NCBI GenBank assembly: GCA_028534125.1
Contig: CM052816.1
Span: 930,001-994,000 of the forward strand
Reading direction: 5' to 3'
Source of the DNA: Lama glama
Lineage: Eukaryota
Length of the DNA stretch: 64,000 nucleotides
In this document: positions 11,961 to 39,498 of the stretch, piece by piece
Numbering within the stretch: position 1 is the first letter of the stretch
Layout of the letters: each line of letters begins with the position of its first letter
Made by a program: the position numbers and the translations under genes
Notes under the pieces: generated by a model
Seen by the model: the letters and a program-made list of their open reading frames with translations, nothing else
What the model was told of the DNA's origin: nothing
Databases searched by the model: none

Positions 11961-12506
11961 TGTTGCAGGAGAGTGGGGCACGATAGGATGGTCAGTCCCA
12001 GGTCCCAGGCAAGTCCCTGAGATGTGCCCTGTCAAGTGATGGTCCTTGGCTTCATGCAGGAAAGAATTCAAGAGCAAGCCAAAGTAGAGCAAAAGTAGAT
12101 TTATTCAGGGAGATACACACTCCATAGACAGAGTGTGGGCCTTCTCAGAAGGTGAGAGGCCCCAGGGTACAGGGGTGGTTAGTTTTTATGGGCTGGGTAA
12201 TTTCATGTGCTAACAAATGGGAGGATTATTCCAATTGTTTGGGGGAAAAGGCAGGGATTTCCAGGAATTGGGCCACTGCCTACTTCTTGGTCTTTTATGG
12301 TCATCTGGGAACTGTCACGGCACCTGTAGGTGTGCCATTTATCATGTTAATACATTACAGTGAGGGAGTCATGAGGCCCAAGGTCTACTGGAAATCGAAT
12401 CTTCTGCCATCTTGGGCCTGGTTGGTTCTAACCAGTATTTGTCCTATCCTCAATGGCTGTGACATTCTTTTAATGGTGGTGACTCTCCCCCTTCCCTGCT
12501 GTCTCA
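11961..12506 (-). mobile_element. ERV1 solo LTR (same family as 35869-36480 and 46711-47385)
   Basis: TG...CA termini, near-identical 4-bp flanks CTGA/CTAA, shared text CAGGAAAGAATTCAAG...AGATTTATTCAG. Confidence 0.85.
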
Positions 12507-14275
12507 CTAACTACTAATTGCTTACTGTAACACAAACTCCATTTCAATGGCTCTTATGTTATTAAGCAAAGTAAAGAGTTTTGTCCTATCTTGAAATTGT
12601 ACATTAAATATAAGTGTTAAGTATAAAATCTTGAAAACAGCCAGAACATTTTTATAGTCTGTCTGTAAGTTTAACATGGCAGAAGGTACAGAAGACACAG
12701 AGGTGTCACTCCATGCAATGAAGGAATTTGGGAATACCATTGATTCTTGATCATTGAGACCAAAGGTGGAATGGGGAGTGATGTGAGAAGACCCCAGCAG
12801 GAACTGTCTTCTGTTAGGTTTCCATCACAGGGGCTCTAGAGAGATTTGGGAAATAATCTCTTGAGCCATGTCTTCCACAAAGATCTCCTTGAACATGCTG
12901 GACCCAAAATCCCCCCTTAATCATTCAATCACACTGCTCCCAAGAGACCTGCATTCATATCCTGAGAGCCTGTGTGGCACCAACTGGGTGTGCACACACA
13001 GCGGGGAAGGACAGGGCATGGTTCAGCCCTGGGAGTGTTTGGAGTCTGGCTACTGATACAAAGTGTTCCTGGCAGAGGGGACAGCTGAGCAAAGGCTGAG
13101 GAGAGTGTTCTAGAGCAGGGAGAGCCAGGGAGAGAGTGAGGGAGAGCTGGCCACAGGGAACAGGGCCCACATCTCTTAGAGCCTCATTGGTTGGTGTGAG
13201 GAGGTAGGGCTTTTCCCTTTTTTTAATAGAACGACAATCCTGGCAGCTCTGTGAGGTCCATCCCATGACCCCTGTAGTAATTCAGATGAGAAATGATGTC
13301 ACTTGGACCAGGGTGGAAATATAGGTGGTGGCAGAAATGGGCAGGTGCTGGATACATTTTGAAGGTCAAGCCAGTGGGATTTTCTAGCCTACAGTAGAGC
13401 TGTCATTATTAGCTCATGTGGTTTTAGGAAAGATTAAAGGAGAAACTGCAGTTAACCTGCTTGGCACTGTGAGCTCTTTGTTAGCTCTTTCTATTAAAAT
13501 GTATATATTCTTCAGTAATCAATGGATTTCTTAAAAAATGACAGACAATTCTATGCCACTGACAGAACAAATTTTCAAGTAGTTCTCTATGCATGTTGCC
13601 CAACATTCATTTTGCAACCTTCCTTGATCCTGTCCCAGCAGGCAGCAGCCTGAGCCTCACCCTCCTCCCATTGTCTGCATCTGGGAGTCTACCCTAATGT
13701 ACAGGCCGTCCCCACCCTGAGTCTCCTCCTGTGCCCTCTGGGGCTCTAAGGATCGAGGCTGATAGGTGGGTGCCATTGGGGCTTCCCATCCCTGCCTGGG
13801 GCTCTGCCCCCTGAAGCAAGCAAACTGCCTCCAGCTACTCAGGGTGGGGCAGCCAGTTCTCCAGCAGGAGGCGCCCTCTGGCTCAGTCTGGAAGGTGGGT
13901 GGGGTGAGGTTGGGTGGAGACCCAGGGTGAGGTCTCTTCCCTCCTCCTCCTCCCTGGATCCCTGAGCTTTGTGAGTCTGGGGGCTTCCATCTCTGCCGAC
14001 CTTCACTGAACTGAGACAGTAGCTTCTCCAAAATGTGGTATTCCATTGGACAGAGAGGCTTAGGTGTTTATTTATGGGTGATTAGGTGGAGAATAATGTA
14101 CCGAGTGGTTTCCAGGCACCAAAAATCATGGGAAACTCCCTAATTTTCCTTGACTACCTCTGTCTTGGTGTAGAGAACTGACAATCAAGACATTGGAGTG
14201 GTAAGGATTTTTGTTCTCCATGTTCCTCGTTCCATTTCCCTTTTGTTTTCCAAGTAGAAGTCTGGACCCCGTTAT

Positions 14276-14438
14276 CTCTTTTTCTTTCTTTTCTTTCTTT
14301 CTTTCTTCCTTCCTTCCTCCCTTCCTTCCTTCCTTTCCTTTTCTTTCTTTTCTTTTCTTTTTCTTCCTTCCTTCCTTTCTTTCCCTTTCTTTCTTTCTTT
14401 TCTTCCTTCCTTTCTTCCTTAATTTCTTTCTTTCCTTT

Positions 14439-14524
<86 letters not shown>

Positions 14525-14551
14525 TTTCTTTCTTTCTTTCCTTTCTTTCTT
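14276..14551. repeat. Compound (TTTC)n/(TTCC)n microsatellite
   Basis: Direct repeats visible in the sequence. Confidence 0.97.
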
Positions 14552-14851
14552 CAACTCAATGTGATATCCATAGGTGTGGGTTTGGGGGCATTTTCCTTGC
14601 TTGGTGTTCTCTGAGCTTCCTTGATCTCTGCCTGTCTTGGTATCTGATGTTAACTTGGGGAAATTCTTGGTCATTACTGCTTCAACTGTTATGTTCCTTT
14701 CTCCTGGCATTCCCACTAAGAGCATGTTACACCTTTTGTGGTTGTCTCACACTTCTTGGATAGTCTGCTTTCATCTGGGTCCCAACTGAGGGCTTTTGAT
14801 TTAATTGGTCTAGGGTAGGGCCAAGGCAACCTGTAAAAGATATCCATGTGA

Positions 14852-15305
14852 TGGATAAAGATGTGGTGTATGTACACAATGGAATACTGCTCAGCCATAA
14901 AAAAGATCAAAATACTGTCATTTGCAGCAACACACATAGACTTAGAGATTATCACACTAAGTGAAGTTAAGTCAGAGAAAGACATATTACATAATATCAC
15001 TGATATGTGGGATCTAAAAAAATACAAGTCAGCTTATTTACAAAACAGAAGCAGACTCACAGACATAGAAGACAAGTTTATGATCACCAAAGGGGAGGGA
15101 TAAATTATGAGTATGGGATTCATAAGATATACCCCACTGTATATAAAATAAATAATAAGAACTTACTGTATAGCACGTGGAACTATATTCGGTATCTTGT
15201 GGCTACTGGATAACAGAAAAGAATCTGAAGCTGTACACCTGAAACTAACAATATTGTAAATCAACTACAGTTAAATATAAAAATATAAAAATACAAATAA
15301 ATAAA

Positions 15306-15337
<32 letters not shown>

Positions 15338-15350
15338 TAAATAAATAAAT
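14852..15350 (+). mobile_element. L1 3' UTR fragment inserted into a MER5A-like DNA transposon, with a (TAAA)/(TAAG) tail
   Basis: GGATAAAGATGTGGTGTATGTACACAATGGAATACTG...; flanking duplicated CATGTGAT; MER5A-like halves at ~14770-14835 and ~15351-15397. Confidence 0.8.
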
Positions 15351-16120
15351 AAAATTCATGTGATCCTGACACGCAGCTAAAGTTTGGAACCATTGCTTGC
15401 AATGACCTCTTCCCCACCCCCCTCAAATCCTGGGGCAGGGAGAGCACATTGGAATGACCCACTAATTGAACTGGGAAAAAAGCAGAGTATAGTGTAGCTG
15501 TCTCTCCCCAGCACACTATTAAACAACAGAAAGGCCCAGATGGACTCTCTGGGCCTTGATCAGTGGGTCCCTTCAAGTGGACTGTGCTTAAAAGTCACGC
15601 AGGTTGCTTATTGATGGAGCAGATTTGGAGGGCAGGGGGTGGGGCGGGTCTACCTCCAAAGGTTCTGATTTAGCATGTCAGGTGTGAGGTCAGAGAGTCA
15701 TTTTTTTCCAAAAAGCTGACCAGACACAGTGGTGCAGGTGAGGCACCCACATTTGGAGAAGCACTGCTTTTCAGGGTGCTATTCTCGATTTCCATGCTTG
15801 GCTCCTACTCCCTAAGCACCTGTCACTCTCACCTGGAAGCTAAGTCCCTCCCATGGTCCTGCTGACCCAGTTGTCTGCCTCTCAAGAACTTTCTGTTGCC
15901 TTGAGATGTCGGGTACCTGGAGACAGGAAAAGTATGAAATCCCAAAGGAAAAGCTCCATTCCCCACCCATTCCTTCTAGTCAGAGCTAAGGAAGGGGCAA
16001 AACTAGGTTCTTCCATCCTCTGACCTCTCCCTAGCTCCCCTGACCAGCTTCTCGTCCTTGGCCTCCAACCCCTCCCATCTCCAGCCCTGCCCTCAGTGGC
16101 CACCGTCCCACCTCTTCCCC

Positions 16121-16620
16121 NNNNNNNNNNNNNNNNNNNNNNNNNNNNNNNNNNNNNNNNNNNNNNNNNNNNNNNNNNNNNNNNNNNNNNNNNNNNNNNN
16201 NNNNNNNNNNNNNNNNNNNNNNNNNNNNNNNNNNNNNNNNNNNNNNNNNNNNNNNNNNNNNNNNNNNNNNNNNNNNNNNNNNNNNNNNNNNNNNNNNNNN
16301 NNNNNNNNNNNNNNNNNNNNNNNNNNNNNNNNNNNNNNNNNNNNNNNNNNNNNNNNNNNNNNNNNNNNNNNNNNNNNNNNNNNNNNNNNNNNNNNNNNNN
16401 NNNNNNNNNNNNNNNNNNNNNNNNNNNNNNNNNNNNNNNNNNNNNNNNNNNNNNNNNNNNNNNNNNNNNNNNNNNNNNNNNNNNNNNNNNNNNNNNNNNN
16501 NNNNNNNNNNNNNNNNNNNNNNNNNNNNNNNNNNNNNNNNNNNNNNNNNNNNNNNNNNNNNNNNNNNNNNNNNNNNNNNNNNNNNNNNNNNNNNNNNNNN
16601 NNNNNNNNNNNNNNNNNNNN
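16121..16620. other. Assembly gap (500 N)
   Basis: Run of N. Confidence 1.
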
Positions 16621-16987
16621 CTTTGGGGTTTTTATGGAAAGACTTCATTACATAGGCATGACTGCCTATGTAATCACTGGCACTCCAATGGTGACTGAAC
16701 TCCAGCCCCGCTCCCCTCCCTAAGGTAAGGGATGGGGATGGGGCTAAATCACAGCCCTCTGATCACACAGCTGGTTCCCCTGGAAACCAGTCCCTTCCTT
16801 ACTGGCTTTCCAAGATTATCTCATTTAACATAAACTCAGGTGTGGTTAAAAGAGGCTTGTTATGAATATCCAAAGACACCCTTATCAGTCTTATCACTCA
16901 GGGAATTCCAAGGGTTTAGAAGCCCAGTTCTAAAATTTAGATTGAAGGCCAAATAAATACTTCTTAATATAAGTCAGATTATCACAA
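16621..16987. mobile_element. MER21-like LTR fragment running into the gap
   Basis: GGGGTTTTTATGGAAAGACTTCATTACATAGGCATGA...AACTCAGGTGTGGTTAAAAGAGGCTTGTTATGAATA...TATCACA. Confidence 0.6.
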
Positions 16988-18069
16988 CCATCTTGTATTT
17001 TCCCTGCCCCAGCCCTGGACTCAGCCATTTCTCCAAGGAGTCTTGGTTCCTTTTAGTGGTAAATAGTACTAAAAAAACCAAGTACTGGGTGACAGGTGTG
17101 CTCATTGCTATAGGGTGTTATTGATTTTAAGTCTTCAAAGCAGACAGACCTAGGAACTATACATATGTGCACACACTATCTTCCTATCTATCATATGTGT
17201 GTTCCATTTATTACACAGTAAAAACCACGAGTTCACAATTACTTTCATTCTCTCCTTTCCCCTTTCTGTATTTTTTTTATTTCCTTTCTCTCACTGAAGA
17301 AACCTCTCAGCACACTTAGTAAATTTTCTTATTTCATCAACTCCTTGTTGAGCAATTCTTGTCACTATTCATTTTAATGTTCAAATTGTCCCAGAATTGA
17401 GCAGCTTCGACCCAGCTCCTTCTTGCTATGACCCCACCAGTTTTTGAGCACATTTGTACATTAGGCAGAAGATGTTCCAGATTTACCTGTGCATTCTCTG
17501 CTCCATGCCTGGAACTCACCCTTTCTCCAAGTTCGTTTCAGTGGGAATCAACATTGAAAACTAGGATCTGAGCCCTGTGTGAACTCATTGCTTATGAATG
17601 AGGTGGTGTTGCTCCTAGACCTTCCTAGAGCTGGAAAATATATACAAAAAATATTAAAATATACAAAGTAACTGATACTTCTACCCTTGTCCAATAAAGT
17701 TTCTCCTCTGCTTGCCCCATTTCGGTTTCTTTCCCTTCTTCCACAGTGAACACCGAGGCACATGAATCTTTTTTTTTCTTCCTCATTTGCTCCATCCTAC
17801 AATACACACAAATGAGCTTTGGAATTACCTTTTTTTTAAAGAAAATCATATGCATACACGTGCACACACGAGTCTACAGAGGCAAAGGTCACCCTTTGCC
17901 CCTTTTCTGCTGCACTGAGGCTTTTAGCCTTTGCTGGCAGTTTGACGTCGATGCAGACACTGCGGTCGGAAGCGGGAGGGCAAAGCAGGAGCCGGGTATC
18001 CAGGAAGCCGCCGGGGACCCGGTCCTGCGGTCACGAGAGCGCGCCGCGCCACCGGCCCAGGGCGGGGTC

Positions 18070-31240
<13,171 letters not shown>

Positions 31241-33149
31241 TTTCTTCAGCGGTGGGGGCCACCTGTTAGAGGGACAAAGAGGTCCTGGGGTGACACAGGG
31301 GAGCTGGAACTCCAAGCATCAGGTCATTGGATGCCTGTCATTGCCTCAGTGATTTTTTTTTTGTCCGGTGCTTACAGGCTCCAGCGCCTGGCTTCTTTTC
31401 AATAACAGCCAGATACGAAAGCCACTTCTCATTTTAACAGGTGGCCCTGCTCATGGTGTTGTTGGCTTTGCTTGGACTCACAGAGCTGTGAGAGGACAAG
31501 GCCAAAGGGTCCCAGAGGAAGCAGCTTCTGAGCTTCCCATTGTTTGGGAGCCAGGAATAGAGCCACGCATTGTGTAGGGGCTGAGCTGGGACTGAGTGAC
31601 TTTGCTCAAACAAAGGGAAATCTATAAGGACTCCCAGATGTATTTCCATTCTTTGCTCCCACTTCCCTTTGACCTGGAACATCAGGTCCACAAAAGAGAG
31701 GAACATACACAGAGTTCTAATCTTTCCGAAGTGGGATGCATGCCTGACTGCCTTTTAACTTTAACCACACCTAGAATATTTTCCTCCAGCCCTGAGACCT
31801 CAGGTAGAGCCCCCAGGAGGTCAGCTGGTGGTTGTCCATGAGTCAGTAGCATCTCTGAGGCCACAGTGATGCAGCCATCCCATCTAGCCCTCCCCATGCC
31901 CAGTCTGTGGTCCAAGAGCCCAGCCCCAGTGCACACAAGGGCTGTCCCTTCACTCCTGATGCCCCTTTGGGACCTGCAGTAATGCCTCCCAGTCTGAGGG
32001 CCAGGGAGCCCGGGGAGCTGAGGCATCTTGGCAGACATACAAGCCGCTTGACGTTCCTCCTCTATTCACTTGTAGGACTTTGTGTAACTTGCTGAACCTT
32101 GATTTCTTTGCCAGAACAATGGAAGGAGCCAGCTTGGCTCAGAGGGTTAATAAGCCTCCCTTGGGTTGGCTGGGTGCTCTTTAAAGAAAAGTCAGCTCCT
32201 CTCTCTGCCGTCATCTTCCAAACACCTGCTCTCTGCTCTCCATCTCCTTCCAGAGACTGTATCCCTCTCCTTTCACTCCATCACAGCACCCCCAGAGCAG
32301 AAAGGCCTGCCGTGGGGCAGTTTCTACTCTGCAGCTACCCACCCCTCCATCTCCCTTCTCCCTCCGTCTGCCACCCCACTCCACTGTTTGGTTTTCCTTT
32401 TCCCGCAGACCGGCGAAGCGGCATGGGTTCCTGGGGTCCTGTGCCATCGGCAGTATCACCAGTGGGGTGTAGGTGCAGGACTTTAAAAGCCACTGCTGGG
32501 TTATGCAGCCCAAGGTCTGAGAAGGTGCGTGGGTGAGTTGATGGAGGGGAGGCTCCCTGAGTGATCCCGGAGCTGGAAGGACCTTGGCCGACAAGACCAC
32601 AGCGTGAGGGTGGGACAATGGCCTGTGAGTTCAGTGGGCCGGGGAGCTGTGGGCCCCCCTGGAGCTCACACCCAGGTGGGAGGGCAGAGGGGCAAGTTGG
32701 GGAGGCCCCATCTGTGCTTCAGATAGGGCCTCTCAGGGAGGAGCTCGGAGTCCCATCTGAAGGGAACCTGGCTGTTTTGTTTTTTGGGGATCACTGTTCA
32801 GGCAATAACCAGCAGAACAGGTGCCTTGGGCCAGAGCCTAGGCTCCAGCTGGACCATCTAGCCTCCTGCCCTCTTGGCTGATGGCAGGGATGTGTTGGCG
32901 ACAAGCCTGGAAACTGGCAGCAGAAGAGCCCAGGGCAGAGGGTCCACACTGGATGTATGTTTTCTCTCTCCCTGTTCCCTTCTCTCCTCTTCTGCGCCTC
33001 AGTCTTTGCTTCTGGACCATGACGGTGAAGCCATAAGGGTATATCAGTAACAGCGTAGCGAATGCCTTCCTAAACAGCAGGGCTCAGAGAGTGTGTCTGG
33101 ATCCTTCTGGATCACCTGGACTTGGAGGAATTGGTCAAGACTTGTGTTA

Positions 33150-33414
33150 GCAGACATGGAACACAGGCTTGTGGTTGCCAGGGGGGTGGGGGATAAACTG
33201 GGAGTTTGAGATTTGCAGATACTGACTGGTGTATATCAAATAGATAAACAAGTTTATACTGTATAGCACAGGGAACTATATTCAAAATCTTGTAGTAGCT
33301 CATGGAGAAAAAGAATATGAGAACGAATAGATGTATGCTCATGTATGACTGAAGCATTGTGCTGTACACCAGAAATTGACGCAACACTGTAAGCTGACTA
33401 TAACTCAAAAAAAA
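33150..33414 (+). mobile_element. L1 3' UTR fragment with polyA
   Basis: CAGACATGGAACACAGGCTTGTGGTTGCCAGGGG...TATAGCACAGGGAACTATATTCAA...GACTATAACTCAAAAAAAA. Confidence 0.85.
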
Positions 33415-35868
33415 GGTAGTCAGTGTGTCCCAGACCCTGCAATTACTTTCAGGACTGCAGTTCTCCGCTGTGATACACCCATGTGATTTCAGTCACTGAA
33501 ATCAGTCACTGACAGTGCAGGAGGAGGAGGGCATAAGTATGCACGCACGCACACATGCTTGTACCCACAGTAATAAAAACTAACACAAATTGAGCACTTA
33601 CTATCTGCCAAGCACTTACCCATATCAGAATTATTATCACTATTATCATAGGTCCAAATTACAGAGACATGGGGGCGCCCGGTGACTTGCCCTGCACACC
33701 CAGCGAGAAGGTGGTGAAGTGGGGGTTCCTCCCAAACTCTGCGCTTCGCTGGATACAGATTTCTCACCAGCTGTGTTGTGGGTCAAGCCTGGGTGCACCC
33801 TCAGTCCTCCTGCCCCCCAGACCGTGACCCCTGTTAGGCAGCCCGCCTGCTCCCAGGCTCCTGTGCTCGCTCTTACAGCATCTCACGTGCACTGAAGCAG
33901 TGGCCTGCGTCCTCCCCGTCCCCAATAAAATAAAGTAATATAAAAAATCGGAAAAAAAATCCACTTCCAATAGAACAACTTAAAACCGGGGTTTCGCTCA
34001 GATCTCGTCGACAGCGTCTTCTCAGGCAGGAAAGAGTGCCTCGTTGTCCCTTTTCTTCCAACACTCAAAGACCAGTTTTGAAAGTCTTGGAGGGAGATGG
34101 TCTGAAGGGACTTCCGAGGGGCTGTGTGCCCCTTCCTGCTCTAAAGGGCACCCTCCTCCCCACTTGCTGCCTGAAGCCTGCCTTTTCCAACCTCCCTCTG
34201 CAGTTGAAAGGCTCTGATCCTTACTCCTCAGAGGGGAAACCCCTTCTGATTTTAGCTATTCGCACCGCCATGTAAATGGATTTCAGACTCTTTTTCTGAT
34301 GGGGAGGTTTTGCCCTGAACGGTGAGAAGCTGAACACGTTGCATATCTGGGGAAGATGAGGGAAGGATGGAGAGGACGGGGGTCTCAGGCTGGAGCTAGG
34401 CTTTGCTGGAGGGGCGCATGCTCCCTCCTCTCCAGGGAGCCTCTGAAGACACAAGGAGGAATAAGGTCATGCATGCTGATGTCAAAGAAATGCTGCTGGA
34501 ATGCGGACACCATCCTCTCAAGCCTCTTTCCTCTTCCTTCTTCTTTCCTTCTCAACTTCTCCCTGACCCCGCTCCAACTCCACTCCAGTTTTCTCCTCTT
34601 GCTGCTCTAATTCCTAACAATGCTTGTGTTCTCTTGATCTCCAGTCCCTTAGCTCTTGAGTCTCTCTTTAAAGATTTTTTTTTTTTTTGGCTTTTGTTAC
34701 TTTTGCAAGCCCGGGCTGTGTGTGTGCGTCGCCCTTGTCCCATTCCCTGTGTCCTAAGCTGCAAGCTCCCCGAGGTAGGGCTTTTGCACTCTTGCACCCG
34801 CTTCCCTTCCAGCACCCGCTGCAATGCTTTGCCCTCCACAAACTGTCAATTAATGCTCACTGGCTTGCTTTGGTTTGATTTTAAAAGACCTACAGAGGGT
34901 TTCCACCTCTAGTCTCTAAGGGAGATAAGTTGCCCCCAGGAGGGACCCTCCGTGAGGCTTCAGATAGCTTGAAGGGCAAATGGAACAGGTCGGAATCCTT
35001 CCTTTTCAGATGCAGCTGCCTGAATGGGCATCTCCCCTTGGTCACACCCTGTCCTGCAGCCAGGCTCAGCTGATAAGATACTGCCAATCCATCTTGTGCT
35101 CTCGAGATCCTTAGTTAGCCCTCATTTTCTGCATCCTATATCTGAAAGGTGGAGGTTTAGACAGGCATTGAGAATGAGCCACACACATACCTGGAAGGTA
35201 GCAGCAAAGGGTCTGAAATGGCAGATGAATCCTGCTGATTTCAACTCCCTGCAAGGGGGACAATTGTGAAGTATCCTGGTTCCAGCTGTGAAGGTCCCCT
35301 AGACAGGCTGGCAGCACGGTTGACAGAGGCCAGCTCCTCTGTGACAGAATTACCCACCCACCTTCCTCCTTAAGACACACGCTACTTGCTCTGCCCTTTG
35401 CTATAAAAACCAAGATGGACAGAACAAAACGAGGAAGTCTCTGTCACATCCTGCCCGTGTGAGGAAAAAATCATGCATTGAATTGTCATGGAAAACTTCC
35501 CTCCAAGGTCTTCTAAGGAGAGGAGTGGAGAGGTATCTGGGATCTTTCTAAAGGATGCAAACTGCAGAGACTCAGAGCAGGGAGAAAATGCTCCAGCTGG
35601 CTTTTCAGGATCTCTGGGGCTCCAGGGAGGCAGGACAGCCATGCCTGGCTAGCCCCTCTCTCGTCGCCATCGCAGCAAATGAAACAGAGACTGGACAGGA
35701 ATATCCATGAACCAAGAGTTAGGAAAGGTTTGGTGCCCACCTCTTAACCAGCTATACCAACTTCTGCAAGGTAAGAATACAGTGGGGTGCTGTACCTGGA
35801 TTTCTCCAATGGAATGGGGCTCAAAAAAGAAGCATTACTCCACCCCACCCCGTTCTGCTATATGCCAC

Positions 35869-36480
35869 TGAGACAGGATGGAAGGGGGCAGGGCACAGCC
35901 ATTCAAGGCACGCTACAGCAATTAGCATCAAAATGGTGAAAGATTCAACCCCCAGTTGGCCTTGAGGCTCAAGATGATGAGAGATTTAACTTCTAGTAGA
36001 TGTGAGCTTCATTATACGCTCATTGTAATATGTTCACATGGTGAATAACATGCCCACAGGCACCATGGCGGTCCCAAGGCTAGCCACAAAGGTCAGAGTG
36101 AGAAATGGCCAACTTCCTGGGAATCCCAGCCACTTCCCCAGGCTACTTAGACTGGCCCTTCCACTTAGCATATGAAGCCACCAAGCCCATAAAAAACTGG
36201 CAACACGGCGCCTCTCTCTCCCTCTTCGGAGACAGCCCACACTGTCTATGGAGTGTGCGTACCTACTTTTAATCTGAGCACCCAACCCCCACACCTCGTG
36301 GCCTTTCTCTAGCCTTTCAATGTCTCTCTCTGAATAAATCACCTTTACTCAAATGTGGCTCGCTCTTGAATTCTTTCCTGGGCAAAGCCGAGGACCCACA
36401 CACTTGGCGGGGCACGTCCCAAGGGCTCAGCTGAGACCTGGGACACGGCCCTCCTCACGCTCCACTGTTTTCCTGCATCA
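35869..36480 (+). mobile_element. ERV1 solo LTR with perfect 4-bp target-site duplication
   Basis: CCAC|TGAGACAGG...CCTGCATCA|CCAC; CATAAAAA TATA-like box (~36188) and AATAAA (~36333). Confidence 0.9.
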
Positions 36481-37557
36481 CCACTACGCAACTTTGGTAT
36501 TAGTGGGAAGGAAGTACAGTGGACCAAAGTGCCAGCCACCTGGCTGTACCCCCACACTGACATCCTTCCCAGGGGACAAGTCAGAGCTATGGCATGGGGT
36601 AACTAAAGCATATGTAGGACTCCCAGAAATGCCCGATATGTGGAGAGGGGTTTGTGCAGGTGTTAGGGTTCTGGGCTAGGGGTGGGGGTGAAGACAGTGG
36701 GCTTTGGGGCGCCAACTTGAAAGAGGCGTTCCATATTCAGGCAGATAGGTGCATATATCCAAGGCTTATGCATGCTTAAAGACATCCCAGGACAGCCAAG
36801 GAGGCTGCGTGGTGAGCTCAAATGGTGGGTCCAGGTCCCTGGGGCCAGGGAGACAGAGGGGGGCTCAGGGACAGATTAAACATGAAATTGACACTAAGTA
36901 CAGAGCAGCATCAGGGAGATGATGGGGACAAGGAGAAGGGAACAGACACTCTGAGTCAGGGAGGGGATTAGCATGTATGCGACAGAAAAAGGCTATGGGC
37001 TTGCCCCGAGAGTTTGTGAAACTCACCAATGGAAGAGAAGGCTGGACAAAAGTAGTTGGGATCAAATTGCAAAGGACATTTCGTTCCACACAGGGAAGTA
37101 CAACATGGTTCTGAGGGGCAGCCAAGGGCCTTTTGGAAGTTTAAGGGACCTGAAGTGGTTCAGACTAGCGAAAAAAATGGTGGTTGCACAGAGGGGCCAT
37201 TTGGAAAGGTTAATCCAGAGCTTTTCACTGCCCTTCCCCTGTGGTCCTCACACCACCCGGGGAGATGTGAGTGTGTCGCAGGAGGAATGCAAAGGCAGCA
37301 GGCAGAGCCCACTTCTGTGGCTTCCAGACACAGCCCTGCTGGGACATTGTAGGGAGACCCCACCTGCCACTCTCTGCACCCTAGGGTGCGTCCTCTAGCA
37401 GGAACGGGGCTCCGTGTCCCGAATCACGAGCTGCATATGGGCACCTCCATTTCAAGGCCTCTAGAAATGCATATGTGCCCATATTCAAAATCAGGGTGAG
37501 CACTGGACTCCCGGAGGGCTGCAAGTGGAAGGGAAGGACCCTCACCTGCCCTTGGAC

Positions 37558-38209
37558 AGTGGGGAACCCACCCTGTTACAGCCTGTCCATTGGGCCCCTT
37601 AGGCCGATTGTCCTTGGTGTCCACCAGCCCTCACCACGAGGTTGTCTGAGGGAATCTGGGGGTCCTGCAGTGCTGACTGGTGCCTGCGAGGCCCTGCGAC
37701 CACCCCCCACCCCCACCCGCCCAGACTTCCAGCTCTTAGGCGTCCACTTGCTCCTTTTCAGGAGATGAAGTCCTGACATGTGTCTGCCTTAGCAGAACTA
37801 ACAGCTGGGAAACGGCTAGCCTCACCGCAGCTCAGGCCGACTTGCCCCAGCCCACGTTTCCTCCTTACCGGAGTCATCAACCCACCGCCTTGCATGTGTC
37901 AGTCCATGTCTCCATCTTACTGGAGTTGTAATTCCACTATCTTTCCGTATACCAAAGCCCCCTGCCTCACTGATAGCCAATCAGAAGGCTGGCCCCCTAT
38001 CCCTTTGTGTTCCCAGCCCCTTTCCCAGTAGAAGACCCTGCCTGCTCACAGTGAGGGCTCACACAGGCACCTGTCATCTGTGTGGCCTGCTGTTGCCTGT
38101 ATCAACGTATCTATTAAACTTCCCTTTATTCTTAAACTTCTCCTTGCCTTTGGTGAATTCTTTGACCGCCCACAACACCGACCCTCCAGGTCCCCCAGAA
38201 GGCCCCACA
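37558..38209 (+). mobile_element. ERV solo LTR (related to 48378-48870); 5' boundary uncertain
   Basis: CCAAT box, ATTAAA polyA signal, 3' end GGTGAATTCTTTGACCGCCC...CCCCACA resembles the reverse complement of the 48378 end. Confidence 0.55.
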
Positions 38210-38764
38210 GCTGGGACAACACACCAACTCCTGAGCAGACCCCAGGAGGGAAACTGGAGGAGGGAACAAAGAGACTAGAAAGAGAGGTCAGCTCCTGCAT
38301 GGAGGGTAGGAGACAGGAGATCTCAGAGATCGCCTCGCCCAAGTTCATTCCTGCACAATGCAGAGGTCAAGCTGCAGAGGATGAGTGACTCCACCAGCCT
38401 CCCTACAGCCTGGGTGCAGTTCTGAGACTCTGCCCCGAGTAGGGCCAAGGGCTGCTCATGGACATAGTATCTCTGTTTGGATTTGGCTTTGAAGCCTGCA
38501 AGGGACACTTCAGACCATCCCACCCCCATTGCTCTGTGCACCGTTAGCCTCTGATATGCAGAAATTCTTGTTACACCAAAAACTGCTGCAGTGAGTGTCT
38601 TCTGTGCATTTGTGTAATTATATCCTTTGAACAGAAGGGGATTTCTGGATAACAGGGAACGTGCATTTAAGGTTTTGATGACTACCTTCCAAAAATGGTG
38701 TGCTGATTGGTACATTTAGCAACAGGGTATAATGGTGCCCATCTTTGTGCATTTTCTTTTTTTG

Positions 38765-39215
38765 CATCGTTTTTCATTGAAGTATAGTCAGTTTACAATG
38801 TTGTGTCAGTTTCTGGGGTACAGCATAGTGATTCAGTCATACATATACACACATACGTAATTTTCATAATCTTTTTCATTATAGGTTACTACAAGATATT
38901 GAATATACTTCCCTGTGCTATGAAGTATAAACTTGTTGTTTATCTATTTTATATTATAGCAGTTAGTATCTGCAAATTTTGAACTCCCAATTTATCTCCT
39001 CCTGCCCCCTTACCCCCTGGTAAGCATAAGTTTTTTTTTATGTCTATGAGTCTTGTTTCTCTTTTGTAAATAAGTTCATTTGTGTCTTTCAAAAAAAAAT
39101 TCTACATGTAAGTGACATCATATGGTATTTTTCTTTCTCTTTCTGGCTTATTTCACTTTGAGTGACGATCTCCAGGTCCACCCATGTTCCTGCAAGTGGA
39201 GTTATTTTATCCCTT
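38765..39215 (-). mobile_element. L1 3' UTR fragment
   Basis: TTCATTGAAGTATAGTCAGTTTACAATGTTGTG...TTGAATATACTTCCCTGTGCTAT... Confidence 0.85.
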
Positions 39216-39498
39216 TTCATGTGTGCACACTATTAATAAATACTGATGTCATAAATCTTTTGCACTTTGCTCGGTTTATTTTAGTGTGCCTTTTCCTATC
39301 TCTAGTTCATGTTTCTGGCCCACTGGTATTTCAGGTCTGTGAGTTGTCTGTTTCATCTCATTTATATCGGATTGTTTATCTTTTCTTATTGATTTGAAGG
39401 TGTTCTTTCTTTTGGATAGTGACTAAAATTATTTTACCCATTGCTTGTGTTTTAACTTGATTTATGGCATTTTTGCCTTAGAGAGATACAAAATTTTA

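Noticed and set aside
16031..16723. ORFs of ~200 aa spanning the N run
   Set aside because: Artefacts of the assembly gap
31663..31675. DR1/PPRE-like AGGTCAAAGGGAA upstream of the BTNL9 first coding exon
   Set aside because: Two-mismatch DR1 hits are expected several times by chance in 64 kb; no independent support
31263..35868. Location of the BTNL9 non-coding exon 1 and promoter
   Set aside because: The acceptor at 31263 implies an upstream exon, but several candidate donors (e.g. ~32040, ~35795) cannot be distinguished
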